A stretch of DNA of 64,000 nt from an uncultured Alphaproteobacteria bacterium (GTDB lineage Bacteria; Pseudomonadota; Alphaproteobacteria; UBA6615), in the NCBI GenBank assembly GCA_943787445.1, contig CALSML010000017.1, positions 20,137-84,136 of the forward strand. The letters are read 5' to 3'. The position numbers and the translations under genes were made by a program. A model generated the notes under the pieces. It ran no database searches and had not been told where the DNA came from. It saw only the letters and a program-made list of their open reading frames with translations. Below are positions 61,880 through 64,000 of this stretch, piece by piece (position 1 is the first letter of the stretch; every line of letters starts with the position of its first letter).

Positions 61880-62767
61880 TCAGCTACCGGCGATGTGCTT
61901 GAAGATTGCCGAAAAATCCAGACCTTCATTGCCTTCACCGGCGAAGCTGGCGAACATATCCGTCGCCTGCGCGCCCAGCGGTGTGTTCGCGTCGACCTCA
62001 CCCGAAGCCTCGCGCGCCAGCAACAAATCCTTGAGCATCATCGCCACGGTGAACCCGGCCTCGTAGTCACGGTTCGCCGGTGAGGTGAGAACCGGTCCGG
62101 GCACCGGACAATAGCTGGTCATGGCCCAGCACTGACTGGTCGCCGTTGACGCAATATCGAACAGCTTCTGACGGTCGATACCCAGCTTGTCACCCAGCGC
62201 GAAACCTTCGGATACGGCGATCATCTGAATGGCCAGCATCAGATTGTTGCAGACCTTTGCCGCCTGTCCCGCGCCCGCATCGCCGGCGTGAAAAATATTC
62301 TTTCCCATGGTCTCGAGGATCGGCTTAGCGCGGGCGAACGCGCTTTCCGTGCCACCACACATGAAGGTCAGCGTTCCGGCCTGTGCGCCTCCAATGCCGC
62401 CGGAAACCGGTGCATCCAGCATCTCGAGCCCGCGCTGTTCGGCTTCGGCGATCGCCGCGCGCGCCGTCACCACATCGATGGTCGAGCAATCGATCAGCAG
62501 GGAGCCCGGCGCGACGATATCCATGACCTTGTCATCCTCCAGAAAGACCGAGCGCACATGCTTGCCCGCCGGCAACATGGTGATCACCACCCCCACGCCC
62601 TTTGCAGCGTCGGCACCGCTCGTCGCTGCAACCGCCCCGGCCTCCGTGGCCCGTGCAACAGCATCGGCAGATATGTCAAAGGCACGCACTTCATGTCCGG
62701 CGGCAATCAGGTTGGCTACCATCGGCCCGCCCATATTGCCCAGTCCGATAAATCCGATCTTCGGCAT
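61880..62767 (-). CDS. mmsB: 3-hydroxyisobutyrate dehydrogenase
   Basis: 295 aa; MPKIGFIGLGNMGGPMVANL; downstream of a 3-hydroxyisobutyryl-CoA hydrolase-like gene and an acyl-CoA dehydrogenase (valine catabolism order). Confidence 0.88.
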   Translation of the reverse strand: MPKIGFIGLGNMGGPMVANLIAAGHEVRAFDISADAVARATEAGAVAATSGADAAKGVGVVITMLPAGKHVRSVFLEDDKVMDIVAPGSLLIDCSTIDVVTARAAIAEAEQRGLEMLDAPVSGGIGGAQAGTLTFMCGGTESAFARAKPILETMGKNIFHAGDAGAGQAAKVCNNLMLAIQMIAVSEGFALGDKLGIDRQKLFDIASTATSQCWAMTSYCPVPGPVLTSPANRDYEAGFTVAMMLKDLLLAREASGEVDANTPLGAQATDMFASFAGEGNEGLDFSAIFKHIAGS

Positions 62768-62787
62768 CGTGTCCTCCTGTTTTCCCG

Positions 62788-63852
62788 CTATGACAATTCG
62801 GCCTGGCTGAAATCCGGTTCGTCCGGTGCGGCCACAAAATACTCATCCAGATCCGCATCGCGCACCGCATCAAGATTGTCGGGCTGCCATCTGGGGGCCC
62901 CATCCTTGTCGATGACGACCGCACGTATACCCTCGAACAGATCATCTCCACGATATGTTCGGAACGCCATGCGATATTCCATGCGCATGATATCCGCAAT
63001 GGATTCGATCTTCGGACCCAGACGTAACTGTCGGAAGGTCAGCTTCAGCGCGGTGGGTGACTTGTGAGCCAGCATCGCGATCTGCTCGCGCGCCCAGTCC
63101 GCATCCTCACGCTCCAGATTTTCCAAGATTGACTCGACACTGTCCCCGGCGAAACAGCGATCGATCGACTCACGATGGGCGGCGAGCGGCGCGGTCCCGG
63201 GATCACCCATGAACGACTTCAGCAGGTCATTGACGGCACGTTCATCGAGCGCATCTGCGCCCGACAGAGCTTCGAGAAACGCTTCCTGGCGGTTCGCATC
63301 CATGTATAAATCCCCAATCCCGGCATAGAGGCAATCGGCAGCCCGCATACGATGACCAGTGAGGCCCAGATACATCCCAATCTGGCCGGGACAGCATGAG
63401 AGAAACCAGCTGGCACCGATATCGGGAAACAGGCCGATCCCGGTTTCCGGCATGGCAAACAATGTGCGATCGGTGACCACACGGTGAGACCCGTGGATCG
63501 ACACGCCGGCACCGCCCCCCATGGTCACACCATCCATCAGCGCGATGAACGGTTTGGGAAATGTGTGGATGCCGACATTCAGCAGATACTCCGCCGCATA
63601 ATAGACCGCGCCGAAATCCGTTCCGCGGTTGAGATACATGTCACGAATATCGCCGCCGGCACAGAAGGCTTTCTCACCAGCACCCTGAATGACCACGGCG
63701 TCGACATTCGCATCACCGGCCCAGGCGATGATCTGCGGATGCAGACCCTCAACCATGGACATGGACAAAGCGTTCAGCGCCTTTGGCTTGTTGAGTGTAA
63801 TCAGCCCCACCCGCCCGCGGGTTTCGAGCAGAAGCTCGGGTTCGTCGTTCAT
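62788..63852 (-). CDS. 3-hydroxyisobutyryl-CoA hydrolase-like enoyl-CoA hydratase/isomerase family protein
   Basis: GAGEKAFCAGGDIRDMY crotonase motif; about 350-aa ECH_2-type length; start taken at the second ATG (63852), 8 nt after the upstream stop. Confidence 0.85.
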   Translation of the reverse strand: MNDEPELLLETRGRVGLITLNKPKALNALSMSMVEGLHPQIIAWAGDANVDAVVIQGAGEKAFCAGGDIRDMYLNRGTDFGAVYYAAEYLLNVGIHTFPKPFIALMDGVTMGGGAGVSIHGSHRVVTDRTLFAMPETGIGLFPDIGASWFLSCCPGQIGMYLGLTGHRMRAADCLYAGIGDLYMDANRQEAFLEALSGADALDERAVNDLLKSFMGDPGTAPLAAHRESIDRCFAGDSVESILENLEREDADWAREQIAMLAHKSPTALKLTFRQLRLGPKIESIADIMRMEYRMAFRTYRGDDLFEGIRAVVIDKDGAPRWQPDNLDAVRDADLDEYFVAAPDEPDFSQAELS

Positions 63853-63859
63853 GAGAGTC

Positions 63860-64000
63860 CTACTGTCTGAGAATGTCACGCGAGATCAGAACGCGCATAA
63901 TTTCGTTTGTGCCTTCCAGAATCTGATGTACCCGCAGGTCCCGCAGATATCGCTGGATCGGAAATTCCTTCAGATAGCCGTAGCCACCATGCAGCTGGAG
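63860..64000 (-). CDS. acyl-CoA dehydrogenase (isobutyryl-CoA dehydrogenase-like), 3' end only; gene continues beyond the window
   Basis: Translation [46 protein letters not shown]-stop is a canonical ACAD C-terminus. Confidence 0.85.
   Translation of the reverse strand, partial: LQLHGGYGYLKEFPIQRYLRDLRVHQILEGTNEIMRVLISRDILRQ

Overview
GC-rich bacterial chromosomal segment whose gene order looks alphaproteobacterial (inferred from synteny and motifs only; no search was possible). 1-18.1 kb is a housekeeping block: the F1 ATP synthase operon atpHAGDC on the plus strand, then a long minus-strand array (rplU-rpmA-obg-proB-EamA-proA-nadD-rsfS-rlmH-gpmA-M23/EnvC-like-ctpA-yibQ-like-rppH), ending at tRNA-Ser(CGA). 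18.1-60 kb is accessory catabolism and transport. It holds an OYE reductase, a BenE transporter, two GMC oxidoreductases and a three-subunit molybdopterin hydroxylase. It also holds CMD/AhpD plus alpha/beta-hydrolase genes, a small RTX protein, a TRAP transporter, acyl-CoA enzymes and an isochorismatase-GST-hydantoinase A/B module. The rest are two MFS transporters and a Baeyer-Villiger monooxygenase cluster. A 1,020-bp internally deleted IS3-family element with an intact 4-bp target duplication sits at 60.7-61.7 kb, followed by valine-catabolism genes. I found no CRISPR array, rRNA, prophage or recognisable defence system, and no convincing novel multi-gene system. The most unusual property is about 29 single-base indels plus 2 in-frame TGA codons (manual count). 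They disrupt 15 genes, including essential ones (atpD, obg, rplU, proB). They are strongly clustered and confined to the first 42 kb. Most lie in short homopolymer runs, so I read them mainly as sequence-quality artefacts that need read-level checking. Genes whose frame is disrupted in this sequence are typed pseudogene, whatever the cause.
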